DNA from: Candidatus Rokuibacteriota bacterium
GTDB taxonomy: Bacteria > Methylomirabilota > Methylomirabilia > Rokubacteriales > CSP1-6
Direction: 5' to 3'
Assembly: GCA_016184305.1 (NCBI GenBank)
Contig: JACPCX010000146.1
Span: forward strand, 1-14,627
DNA length: 14,627 nucleotides
This document shows positions 1 through 7,685 of the stretch, piece after piece. The notes under the pieces are model-generated. The model searched no databases. It was not told the origin of the DNA and saw only the letters and a list, made by a program, of their open reading frames with translations. The translations under genes were made by a program, and so were the position numbers. How positions within the stretch are numbered: the first letter of the stretch is position 1; each line of letters starts with the position of its first letter.

Positions 1-668
1 GCGAGGCTCGCGAACCGGCCCCTCCCGATCACGATGTGGTCGTGGATCCGCAGATCCAGCAGCTGGCCGCATTCTACCAGCTGGCGCGTGAGCCGGATGT
101 CCTCCCGGCTCGGCGTGGGATCGCCGCTCGGGTGATTGTGGAGCAGGATCAGCGACGCGGCCGACTCGAGGATGGCGGGCTTGAAGACCTCTCGGGGGTG
201 GACGAGACTCGCCGACAGCGTCCCCTCGGAGACCACCACGTCCTTGACAAGCCCGTTCTGGGCATCGAGCAGGGCCACCCGGAAGACTTCCTTCTCGAGA
301 TCCTCCATGAGCGGCCCGTAGCGCGCATAGACCTGCTCGGGACTGCTGAGGACGATGCGGCCACCGCCGTTTCTGGACCGCAGCCGCCGCGTCAGCTCGA
401 AGGCCGAGGCCAGCCGCACAGCCTTGGCGCGGCCGACGCCGCGGATGCCGGCCAGCTCCGCGACGTCCCGCCCCGCCAGTCCCGAGAGGGACCCGTACCT
501 GACGAGCATCTCGCGGGCCAGCTCCACGGCATTCGTGCCGCGCACCCCGGCGCCGAGCTGGATGGCCACGAGCTCGGCATCGGCCAGCGCCTCGGCGCCC
601 TTGTGGTAGAGCCGCTCCCGTGGCCGATCATCTTCCGGCCAGTCCCCGATCCCCGCTCCGCCTGCCAT
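1..668 (-). CDS. radC: RadC family JAB-domain protein (UPF0758), runs off the window edge near its C-terminus
   Basis: Hand translation from ATG at 668: MAGGAGIGDWPEDDRPRERLYHKGAEALADAELVAIQLG...GVGRAKA (helix-hairpin-helix-like)...VHPREVFK...ILLHNHPSGDPTPSREDIRLT...LRIHDHIVIGRGRFASL. RPRERL, HPREVF, HNHPSGD and DHIVIG are RadC signatures. No stop before base 1, so the ORF track does not list it. Confidence 0.95.
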   Translation of the reverse strand, partial: MAGGAGIGDWPEDDRPRERLYHKGAEALADAELVAIQLGAGVRGTNAVELAREMLVRYGSLSGLAGRDVAELAGIRGVGRAKAVRLASAFELTRRLRSRNGGGRIVLSSPEQVYARYGPLMEDLEKEVFRVALLDAQNGLVKDVVVSEGTLSASLVHPREVFKPAILESAASLILLHNHPSGDPTPSREDIRLTRQLVECGQLLDLRIHDHIVIGRGRFASL

Positions 669-675
669 GCCGTCC

Positions 676-705
676 GGGGTATCACGCGGCTCAGCGCCCG
701 GTCAA
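676..705 (-). promoter_or_regulatory. Putative sigma70-type promoter for radC
   Basis: Minus strand TTGACC (705-700), 18-nt spacer ending in TGA, TACCCC (681-676), then 7 nt to the ATG at 668. The -35 box is good; the -10 box lacks the final conserved T. Confidence 0.35.
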
Positions 706-878
706 TGTCCGAAGTCCGATACAGTGGCGGTGGGCCCGGACACCTTGGCCGTTCCAGGCCGGTATCGCTCCAGAACCTCCGCCCGGAGAGCCGCCCCCAC
801 CGCGAAGACGCAATACGCGAGCAGGAAGAGCCGGGCCAGACGCCTCCCCCGATCGGGGGCCCATGGAGCGCTAGCCAC
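702..878 (-). CDS. Putative small (58 aa) single-pass membrane protein
   Basis: GTG at 878 overlaps the tsaE stop (GTGGCTAG). Product VASAPWAPDRGRRLARLFLLAYCVFAVGAALRAEVLERYRPGTAKVSGPTATVSDFGH has basic residues followed by a hydrophobic stretch, and fills the tsaE-radC gap. No family recognised. Confidence 0.4.
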   Translation of the reverse strand: MASAPWAPDRGRRLARLFLLAYCVFAVGAALRAEVLERYRPGTAKVSGPTATVSDFGH

Positions 879-1320
879 GAGGCGCCGATACCTGGCCCGG
901 CCCCTCGATGACGATCTCGCGCGGCTCATCGCCAAGCCCCGAGATCCCGACGATGACGGCGTCGGCCGGCAGGAGAGGCAGCAGCTTGTCCGCCCACTCG
1001 ATCATGGTGACCCCGTCGCCGTGGAACATCTCCTCGACGCCGAGGTCCAGGACCTCGCTCAGGCTCTCGGTGCGGTAGGCGTCGAGGTGGTAGACCGGGA
1101 GGCGCCCCCGGTAGCAGTTCACGAGCACGAAGGTGGGGCTCGTCACCTCCGAGGTGACGCCGAGGCCGGCGGCGAGCCCCTGGAGAAAGCAGGTCTTGCC
1201 CGCGCCCAGCTCGCCGATGCAGCCGACGACGGCGCCCGGCCCGAGCCGAGCCCCGAGGCGCGCGCCGATCGCCCGTGTCTCCTCCGGGCTCCGGGAGACC
1301 TCCGTCTCGGCGATTCTCAT
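871..1320 (-). CDS. tsaE: tRNA threonylcarbamoyladenosine biosynthesis ATPase TsaE
   Basis: C-terminal 149 aa of ORF 871..2190: MRIAETEVSRSPEET..., Walker A GELGAGKT, VTSPTFVLV, YHLDAYR, IEWAD. ATG at 1320 overlaps the nnr stop (ATGA). Confidence 0.96.
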   Translation of the reverse strand: MRIAETEVSRSPEETRAIGARLGARLGPGAVVGCIGELGAGKTCFLQGLAAGLGVTSEVTSPTFVLVNCYRGRLPVYHLDAYRTESLSEVLDLGVEEMFHGDGVTMIEWADKLLPLLPADAVIVGISGLGDEPREIVIEGPGQVSAPRG

Positions 1321-2861
1321 CGCGAGGCGCGGGGGCGCAGCGCCTCCGGGATGGCCTCGATGATGTCCCCGGCGATGAGGCCTTCCTCCCCCCACCGGGC
1401 GCAGGCGAGGTCGCCCGCGAGCCCGTGCAGGTACACGGCTGATTGCAGCGCCGCGAGAGGCTCGAGCCCGCGGGCGAGGAAGGCGCCGGCCATCCCGGTG
1501 AGCACGTCTCCCGACCCGCCTGTTGCCATTCCCGGATTGCCCGTGGGATTGATGAAGACGCGCCCGTCGGGGGCGCCGATGACGCTCCCCGCCCCCTTGA
1601 GCACCGCCCAGACCCGATGGCGTGCACAGACGGCGCGGACGACCTCGATGCGCTCGGCCTGCACGGCGGCCACGGCACGCCCCAGCATGCGCGCCATCTC
1701 TCCGGGATGCGGGGTGAGCAGGCGCGGGCCGGGTGCGCCGTCCAGCGCGTCGAGATGCCCTGCCAGGGCAGTGAGCGCATCGGCGTCCATCACCATGGGC
1801 TTCCCGACGTCCCGGATCAGCTCCCGGATCAGCGACTGGGTCTCCGGGGCGAGGGAGAGTCCGGGGCCGAGCGCGACAGCGTCGCTGCGGGAGGCCAGCT
1901 CCAGGATCCGCGGCTTGCTCTCGAGCGACAGGCTCCGCGCGGATGTCTCGGGAAGCGGCTCCGTCATGGGCTCCATGCCGAGCGCCGCCACGATGGGCTG
2001 CTGCGAGGCAGGCGTGGCGATGGTGACAAGCCCCGCGCCGCTCCGGAGAGCCGCGCGCCCGGCAAGCGCTGCCGCCCCGGTCTTCCCCACGGAACCGGCG
2101 ACGACCAGGAGATGGCCGTAGCTGCCCTTGTGCGCGTCGCGGTGGCGAGCCGTAAACTGCACCCGGATGTCCGCCTCTTCGAGGAGCCACGTCTCGATCC
2201 CGCGGCCGACCTCGGCTTCCGGGATCCCGATGGGAATGACCGTCACCGCGCCGGCCCAGGCCGCGGCCGGGTGAAGGAGGAGCGCCCGCTTGACGCCCGC
2301 GAAGGTGGCGGTGAGCGTGGCCTTGACGACCGGGCCAGCCAGCTCGCCGCGGTCGGCGTTCGAACCGGAGGGGAGATCGAGCGCCACGACGGGCTTGCGC
2401 GATTCGTTGATGGCCGCGATCACGGAGGCCGTGAGCCCGCGAGCCGGCCCGTCGAGCCCGGTTCCCAGCAGCCCGTCCACGACGACGTCAGCCTCGCGGA
2501 GCGCACCCACCACGGTTGCGGACGGGGCCACGGTGACGACCTCCTCGACGCGCCCGCGCCAGCGGCCGAGGGCCTGAGCCGCGTCCCCGCCGACCTCAGC
2601 CCGCCGCCCGACCAGCAGGACCTTCACCCTCGCCCCGCGGGCTCTCAGATACCGAGCGACGACGAAGCCATCGCCTCCGTTGTTCCCCTTCCCGCAGAGG
2701 ACCAGCACGCGCGTGCCCTTGATCGGTGCGAAGCGCGCGGCGATCAGCCGGCCGGCGCCCGCCCCGGCCGCCTCCATGAGCCGCGGGCCGGAGATGCCGA
2801 GCTCGGTGATGGCCCGGGCGTCGAGGGCGCGCATCTCGGCGGCGCTGAACACGGGCCGCAC
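1317..2861 (-). CDS. nnr: Bifunctional NAD(P)H-hydrate epimerase/dehydratase (YjeF N + C domains)
   Basis: From GTG at 2861 (VRPVFSAAEMRALD...LMEAAG): GKGNNGGDG, DGLLGTG, DLPSG, HKGSYG, GPGL, DADAL, TPHPGE, NPGMATGGSGDVLTG. Start lies 2 nt after the upstream stop at 2864. Confidence 0.95.
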   Translation of the reverse strand: MRPVFSAAEMRALDARAITELGISGPRLMEAAGAGAGRLIAARFAPIKGTRVLVLCGKGNNGGDGFVVARYLRARGARVKVLLVGRRAEVGGDAAQALGRWRGRVEEVVTVAPSATVVGALREADVVVDGLLGTGLDGPARGLTASVIAAINESRKPVVALDLPSGSNADRGELAGPVVKATLTATFAGVKRALLLHPAAAWAGAVTVIPIGIPEAEVGRGIETWLLEEADIRVQFTARHRDAHKGSYGHLLVVAGSVGKTGAAALAGRAALRSGAGLVTIATPASQQPIVAALGMEPMTEPLPETSARSLSLESKPRILELASRSDAVALGPGLSLAPETQSLIRELIRDVGKPMVMDADALTALAGHLDALDGAPGPRLLTPHPGEMARMLGRAVAAVQAERIEVVRAVCARHRVWAVLKGAGSVIGAPDGRVFINPTGNPGMATGGSGDVLTGMAGAFLARGLEPLAALQSAVYLHGLAGDLACARWGEEGLIAGDIIEAIPEALRPRASR

Positions 2862-2863
2862 CG

Positions 2864-3658
2864 CTACCGCCCCGGCGGCACGAAGAGGCGCCCGGCCTGG
2901 GTCAGGAAGTCGGCCAGGAGTGCCGTGTAGGCCTCGCGATAGGTGATGCGGGCGGCTCGCGGCAGCTCGATGTGAAGCGCGCGCTCGGCCGTCTTGAGAA
3001 CGCCCTGCTCCTTGGTGGCCGAGGCCGCGTAGTGGAGCCGGTCGAGCGGCTCCACGAGGACCTCGAATCTCGGCAGCCCCTCTCGACCGCGCACGTGGAC
3101 GTCCCGCACCAGCTCGAGCAGCACCTTGAGCCGCCAGGCCTCGTCGCGATTCAGGCCCACCGTCGCGATCTCGATGCGCCCCGCGCTCTCCTGCCGGCCA
3201 TTGCCGTGGACCTCCACGTAGAAGCGGAGCGGCCCCTGCGAGGCGGCCGCCACATGGGCCCGGTAGGCCTCGTACACCTCCTGGGCGGCGGGGGTCCGGG
3301 TCTCGAGCCGCGGCGCCTCTCCGGGGACGCTCTCGGTGGGCCGATTCACGTTGAGGCGCCGGCCCGCCGGATCCAGGTGGGAGAAACCCCGGACCACGAC
3401 GGCGCCCCAGCCGGTGAGACGGGCCAGCTCGGCGCCGATCAGGTCGGTCGCGCTGTCGGAGGTGCCGTGAGGGGCCGCGATCACGAGCCCGGGACGTCCG
3501 CGCTCGATCGCGAATGTCCCCCCCGAGGGCGCGGGTCCGGGGGTCGGCGCCTTCACGGCGGGCTCGGGGATCGCCGCTCGCCCCGGGATCAGCCCGGCGC
3601 ACCCCTGCAGGAGCAGAGCGAGGCTCACCACGAGCCTACCCGCGCTCCGCATCGCCAT
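2864..3658 (-). CDS. Uncharacterised lipoprotein with motifs resembling N-formylglutamate amidohydrolase / poly-gamma-glutamate hydrolase (Zn-dependent exopeptidase-like fold)
   Basis: ATG at 3658 with GGGGAG just upstream. Signal peptide and lipobox MAMRSAGRLVVSLALLLQG-C, Pro/Ala linker, then APHG, NVNRP, YVEVHG, ALHIELPR. Family call is from motif resemblance only. Confidence 0.7.
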   Translation of the reverse strand: MAMRSAGRLVVSLALLLQGCAGLIPGRAAIPEPAVKAPTPGPAPSGGTFAIERGRPGLVIAAPHGTSDSATDLIGAELARLTGWGAVVVRGFSHLDPAGRRLNVNRPTESVPGEAPRLETRTPAAQEVYEAYRAHVAAASQGPLRFYVEVHGNGRQESAGRIEIATVGLNRDEAWRLKVLLELVRDVHVRGREGLPRFEVLVEPLDRLHYAASATKEQGVLKTAERALHIELPRAARITYREAYTALLADFLTQAGRLFVPPGR

Positions 3659-4058
3659 CCGGCTCCCCGCCGGCGAGCACGACCTGGGCCAGGGCATAGT
3701 CGCCGTCGTGGGTCAGCGACAGGAACGCGCGGGTCGCGCCCTTCGCGCGCGCGAGGGCCTGGGTGCGCCCCGACAGCACGAGCGTCGGCGCCTGGCCCCG
3801 CTCGCGTCTCACCTCGAGCTCCTTCCATCGCACCCCCATCCGAAGCCCTGTGCCCAGCGCCTTGAGCCCGGCCTCCTTGGCGGCGAAGCGGGCGGCCAGG
3901 TGAGGCACCGGGTCCCGCCGGCGCTGGCAGTAGGCGATCTCCTCGTCGGTGAAGACGCGGCGGAGAAACCGGTCGTCCCACCGCTCGATCACCTTGCGCA
4001 TGCGCGGGATCATCGCGAGATCCACCCCGATCCCCTTCACGGACTCACCTGTCATCAT
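3636..4058 (-). CDS. acpS: Holo-[acyl-carrier-protein] synthase
   Basis: GIGVDL, RVFTDEE, AARFAAKEAGLKALGTG, LSLTHDGDYALAQV. The start may be the second ATG (4055), which has better spacing from GGAG. Confidence 0.96.
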   Translation of the reverse strand: MMTGESVKGIGVDLAMIPRMRKVIERWDDRFLRRVFTDEEIAYCQRRRDPVPHLAARFAAKEAGLKALGTGLRMGVRWKELEVRRERGQAPTLVLSGRTQALARAKGATRAFLSLTHDGDYALAQVVLAGGEPDGDAERG

Positions 4059-4075
4059 GCGCTCCGGTCTCCGCC

Positions 4076-4125
4076 CTCCTCACCCCGCCCTCTCCCCCGG
4101 TGGGTGAGAGGGTCAGGGTGAGGGG
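4076..4125. repeat. Imperfect palindrome (REP-like CCCTCTCCC/GGGAGAGGG-type element) between glmM and acpS
   Basis: CCTCACCC (4078-4085) pairs with GGGTGAGG (4116-4123); CCCTCTC (4088-4094) pairs with GAGAGGG (4106-4112); inner CCC/GGG closes a 4-nt loop. No U-tract on either side. Confidence 0.7.
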
Positions 4126-4139
4126 TCTCGGCTGGCGAC

Positions 4140-5489
4140 TCACCGACCGATCTCCTTCTGGATCAGCCCCGCGAGCTCGGCGGCGATGCTGTCGATGCGC
4201 GCCTGGTCCTCCCCCTCGACCATCACCCGCAGGAGGGACTCGGTGCCCGAGTAGCGGAGCAGGATGCGGCCCGCTCCGTTCATCTCCAGCTCGAACCTCT
4301 CGGCGCGGGCGGTGAGCCCCGGGATGGCCTGCATCGGGGGCTTCTCCCGGACCGGCACATTGACCAGCACCTGCGGGAACTTGGTGAGGCAACCGGCGAG
4401 CGCCGAGAGCGACAGGCCTGTCTCCCGCATCACGGTGAGGAGCTGGAGCGCCGAGACGATCCCGTCTCCGGTCGTGGCGTGATCGAGGAAGAGAAGGTGG
4501 CCGGACTGCTCGCCGCCGACGTTCGCCCCGAGCCTCAACATCTCCTCGAGGACGTAGCGGTCGCCGACCTGGGTCTTCGCCGTCCGGATGCCCGCCTCGC
4601 CCAGCGCCTTGTCGAGTCCGAGGTTGGCCATCACTGTCGTCACCAGCACCTGCCCCCGGAGCCGTCCCTGGGCGGCCAGGTGCCGGCCGCAGATGGCGAG
4701 CATGTAATCCCCGTCTCGGATCTCGCCACCCTCGTCCACCGAGATGAGGCGGTCGCCGTCGCCGTCGAAGGCGAGGCCCAGGTGAGCGCCCAGCGCGACG
4801 ACCTTCCTCTGCAGCGCCTCGGGATGGAGGGCGCCTGCACCTCGGTTGATGTTGCGGCCATCCGGCCGCGCCCCCAGCACCGTGACGCGCGCCCCGAGCC
4901 CCCGGAAGACGAGGGGCGCCACGCGATAGGTTGCGCCATGGGCGCAGTCGAGCACGAGGCTGAGCCCGGTGAGGTTCACGGGGCAGGTCCGCGTCGCGTG
5001 ACCCACGTAGTCCGCCTCGGCGCGCGCGTAGGAGACGAGCCGGCCGATGCTCGCCCCGGTCGGCTTGGGCGCGACGTCGGGCTGGCTCAGACGCGCCTCG
5101 ATCTCGTCCTCCCAGGCGTCGGGGAACTTCGAGCCCTCGGAAGAGAAGATCTTGATCCCGTTGTCCTCGAAGGGATTGTGCGAGGCGGACAGCACCACCC
5201 CGCCATGGGCCTCCAGCGCCCGCGTCAGATAGGCGATGCCGGGGGTGGGCAGGACGCCCACCGAGTGGACATCGCCCCCGGCCGAGAGCGCGCCCGAGAC
5301 CAGGGCCCCTTCGAGCATGGGACCGGACAGCCGCGTGTCCCTCCCGACAACCAGCCGCAGCTTCGTGACCCCGTGGTGCTCGAGGAGGGTGGCGACGAGC
5401 TGGCGGCCGAGACGGAACGCCAGCTCGGTGGTGAGGGGCTCGGCGTTGGCGACGGCCCGGATGCCATCGGTGCCGAAGAGGCGGGTCAT
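4140..5489 (-). CDS. glmM: Phosphoglucosamine mutase
   Basis: LFGTDGIR, GRDTRLSG, catalytic SASHNP, metal-binding DGDGDR, GGEQSGH, RYSGTE. ATGA overlap with cdaR. Confidence 0.97.
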   Translation of the reverse strand: MTRLFGTDGIRAVANAEPLTTELAFRLGRQLVATLLEHHGVTKLRLVVGRDTRLSGPMLEGALVSGALSAGGDVHSVGVLPTPGIAYLTRALEAHGGVVLSASHNPFEDNGIKIFSSEGSKFPDAWEDEIEARLSQPDVAPKPTGASIGRLVSYARAEADYVGHATRTCPVNLTGLSLVLDCAHGATYRVAPLVFRGLGARVTVLGARPDGRNINRGAGALHPEALQRKVVALGAHLGLAFDGDGDRLISVDEGGEIRDGDYMLAICGRHLAAQGRLRGQVLVTTVMANLGLDKALGEAGIRTAKTQVGDRYVLEEMLRLGANVGGEQSGHLLFLDHATTGDGIVSALQLLTVMRETGLSLSALAGCLTKFPQVLVNVPVREKPPMQAIPGLTARAERFELEMNGAGRILLRYSGTESLLRVMVEGEDQARIDSIAAELAGLIQKEIGR

Positions 5490-5899
5490 GTCCGGCTCCC
5501 TTCTGGAACCCCCTGGAGCCGCGAAGACCCTGAGGGCCGCACCACGAGCCGCACCCGGGAGGGGCTCACGCGCAGGACCGTGATCCCCGGGGGCACCACG
5601 ATGTGCTCGGGGAGGAGGCGCAGGACCACCTCGCCCGGCCGCACTCCCGCGAGGCTCACACGGGCCCTCACCTGCTCGGGGCCGAGCCGTGCCAGGAGCG
5701 CGCGCAACCCGTGGAGCTGCACGTCCACGCTCTCGGGTCGCTCGCCCACCACCTCGAGGCCGGGCGGCAGGGCGTCGAGCTCGACGGGGGCCGACAGCAC
5801 GACCTCGCCCTTCTCCGAGGTGGTCACGAACATCCAGAGCGCCGTGGCGAGAACCAGGGCGGCACCCTTGAGCTCCCAGTCGCGGAAGAGGGCGATCAT
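5486..5899 (-). CDS. cdaR: CdaR/YbbR-like regulator of diadenylate cyclase (one TM segment, about one YbbR domain, 137 aa)
   Basis: ATG at 5899 overlaps the cdaA stop (ATGA). N-terminus MIALFRDWELKGAALVLATALWMFV is typical of YbbR proteins, followed by a beta-rich domain (PESVDVQLHG, ARVSLAGVRPG, VSPSRVRLVV). Conserved position between cdaA and glmM. Confidence 0.85.
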   Translation of the reverse strand: MIALFRDWELKGAALVLATALWMFVTTSEKGEVVLSAPVELDALPPGLEVVGERPESVDVQLHGLRALLARLGPEQVRARVSLAGVRPGEVVLRLLPEHIVVPPGITVLRVSPSRVRLVVRPSGSSRLQGVPEGSRT

Positions 5900-6720
5900 T
5901 TTTTCAGCCACTCGCGGGTCGGCACCCACCAGCCGGCGCGACCCGGAGAGGGAGTGTTGCCGAGCGCGAACAGCTCCGCCAGGCGGTCGCGGAGCTGCTC
6001 CCGGTCCAGCGGTGTCTCCATCTGGCCGCCCACGGCGAGCGAGATGCGCCCCGTCTCCTCGGAGACCACCAGGACCGCGGCATCCGTCTCCTCCGACAGC
6101 CCGAGCGCGGCGCGGTGCCGTGTGCCCATGGCCCGCCCCAGCCGGGTATTGCGCGACAGCGGGAGGAAGCAGCCCGCCGCGGCCACCCGGGTGTGGCGGA
6201 CGAAGACCGCGCCGTCGTGCAGGGGCGAGTAGGGCAGGAACAGGCTCACCAGGAGATCGGCCGACACCAGCGCGTCGAGCGGGACACCGAGCTCGGCGTA
6301 GTTCCTGAGGCCAGTCGTCCGCTCGAGCACGATGAGCGCGCCGATGCGCTTGGCGGCCAGCGAGTCGGCGGCCTTCACCACGTCATCGATGACGTGGCTC
6401 TGCTGCTCCTGGCCCGCCCGCGTGATCCCCTGGAAGAGCGGGCTCCGCCCGATCTGGGCCAAAGCCCGGCGCAGCTCGGGCTGGAAGAGCACCACCAGCG
6501 CCAGCACCCACACCGACCAGAAGTTCTCGAGGATCCAGGTGGTGCTGACGAGATCCAGCCGGCGGGCCAGGAAGGAGGCGACCATGAGGCCGCCGAGTCC
6601 GGCCAGCATCTGCAGCGCCCGGGTCCCGCGGAACGTCACGAGCACGCGGTAGACAACGGCGGCCACGATGACAATGTCCACGGCATCGCGCAACCGGAAG
6701 GCCTGGAGCACGGGCCACAC
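5896..6720 (-). CDS. cdaA: Membrane diadenylate cyclase (c-di-AMP synthase)
   Basis: Three N-terminal hydrophobic segments, FQPELRRAL, GALIVLER, catalytic PLHDGA and GTRHRAA, VVSEETGRIS. Confidence 0.96.
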   Translation of the reverse strand: MWPVLQAFRLRDAVDIVIVAAVVYRVLVTFRGTRALQMLAGLGGLMVASFLARRLDLVSTTWILENFWSVWVLALVVLFQPELRRALAQIGRSPLFQGITRAGQEQQSHVIDDVVKAADSLAAKRIGALIVLERTTGLRNYAELGVPLDALVSADLLVSLFLPYSPLHDGAVFVRHTRVAAAGCFLPLSRNTRLGRAMGTRHRAALGLSEETDAAVLVVSEETGRISLAVGGQMETPLDREQLRDRLAELFALGNTPSPGRAGWWVPTREWLKK

Positions 6721-6724
6721 GGCG

Positions 6725-7588
6725 CTATCCCGCTTCCCTGGCCCGGTGAACGCCGAGCGCCACCTTCACGGCCTGCACCGTCTCGGCCACATCGTGGCAG
6801 CGGATCATGTGTGCCCCACCGAGCACGGCGGCGGCCGTCGCGGCCAGCGAGCCCGGGAGCCGCCGCGCGGGGTCGTTCTCGCCGGCCAGGGCACCGATGA
6901 AGGACTTCCTCGAGACGGCCAGGCAGACCGGCCGGCCCAGCTCCCGCAGGCGGCCGAGGGAGGCCAGCACGCGGCAGTCCCATTCGTACCAGGGGATGCC
7001 GCGTCGCCTGAAGAAGCCGATCCCGGGATCCACCACGATCCCGTCCGGGGACACGGCGGCCTGGACCGCGATGGCCAGGCTCTCCTCGAGCAGCGCCAGC
7101 ACCGTCTCCACCGGCGGGACGTCTTCGTGACCGCCGCGCTCCGAGGCCATGAGGATGAGCCCCGCCCCGGCATCGGCCACCGCGCGAGCCACCCCGGGAT
7201 CGCCGGTGAGCCCCCGCACGTCGTTGATCAGCCTGGCGCCGGCCTGGAGCGCGGCCCGGGCCGGCAGCGCCCGGCTCGTATCAGCGGACACCCGGGCGTC
7301 GAGCTTGGTGACCAGGAGGTGCACGGCGGAAGCCAGACGGTCGGCCTCCTCGGACGCCGGGATAGCGCTCTGGAGGTACGGGGCCGTGGACATGGCTCCC
7401 ACGTCCAGGAAGGCGGCGCCCCCAGCCAGCATCTGCTCGGCCAGGCGGACGAGATCGTCACCTGAACCGGCCACCGATCCCGCATAGAAGGAGTCGGGGC
7501 TCACATTGAGGGCCCCCATGACCGCCACGCCCAGGCCGTCGCCCACCGGCAGGCCCGCGAGACAAGCTCGGTTCATCGTGGCGTCCAC
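6725..7588 (-). CDS. folP: Dihydropteroate synthase, divergent
   Basis: VMGALNVSPDSF, DVGAMST, SADT, INDVRG, DPGIGF, SRKSFIG, IRCHDV. Conserved position after ftsH. Start is GTG 7588 or ATG 7576. Confidence 0.9.
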   Translation of the reverse strand: MDATMNRACLAGLPVGDGLGVAVMGALNVSPDSFYAGSVAGSGDDLVRLAEQMLAGGAAFLDVGAMSTAPYLQSAIPASEEADRLASAVHLLVTKLDARVSADTSRALPARAALQAGARLINDVRGLTGDPGVARAVADAGAGLILMASERGGHEDVPPVETVLALLEESLAIAVQAAVSPDGIVVDPGIGFFRRRGIPWYEWDCRVLASLGRLRELGRPVCLAVSRKSFIGALAGENDPARRLPGSLAATAAAVLGGAHMIRCHDVAETVQAVKVALGVHRAREAG

Positions 7589-7595
7589 GGAGACA

Positions 7596-7604
7596 AAAAT
7601 ACCA
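7596..7604 (-). promoter_or_regulatory. Putative extended -10 element for folP
   Basis: Minus strand TG-G-TATTTT (7604-7596), an AT-rich patch in GC-rich DNA, 7 nt before GTG 7588. No -35 box at canonical spacing. Confidence 0.45.
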
Positions 7605-7685
7605 TCCCCCCCCGCATCGGCGCCGCTTGAATTACCCGCCTGCTTCCGACTACGTTGAGCGCTGGCGACGACCGAGAACGTGGCA

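Noticed and set aside
1..668. radC as a marker of a mobile element or anti-defence locus
   Set aside because: It is the full-length form with the N-terminal RPRERL and helix-hairpin-helix regions in a housekeeping context; no integrase or transposase is visible in the window.
36..911. 291-aa plus-strand ORF
   Set aside because: Antisense shadow of radC, which has clear family motifs on the minus strand; this ORF has none.
1321..2190. Apparent N-terminal extension of TsaE or an Nnr-TsaE fusion
   Set aside because: Out-of-frame read of nnr; TsaE starts at ATG 1320 with a normal ATGA overlap and nnr has its own stop.
2862..3602. Apparent 247-aa N-terminal extension of Nnr (761-aa ORF)
   Set aside because: It is an alternative frame of the lipoprotein gene; Nnr similarity starts at the GTG at 2861.
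4045..4392. 115-aa ORF containing PLTLTLSPTGGEG
   Set aside because: That peptide is just the translation of the palindromic repeat; the rest is an alternative frame of glmM.
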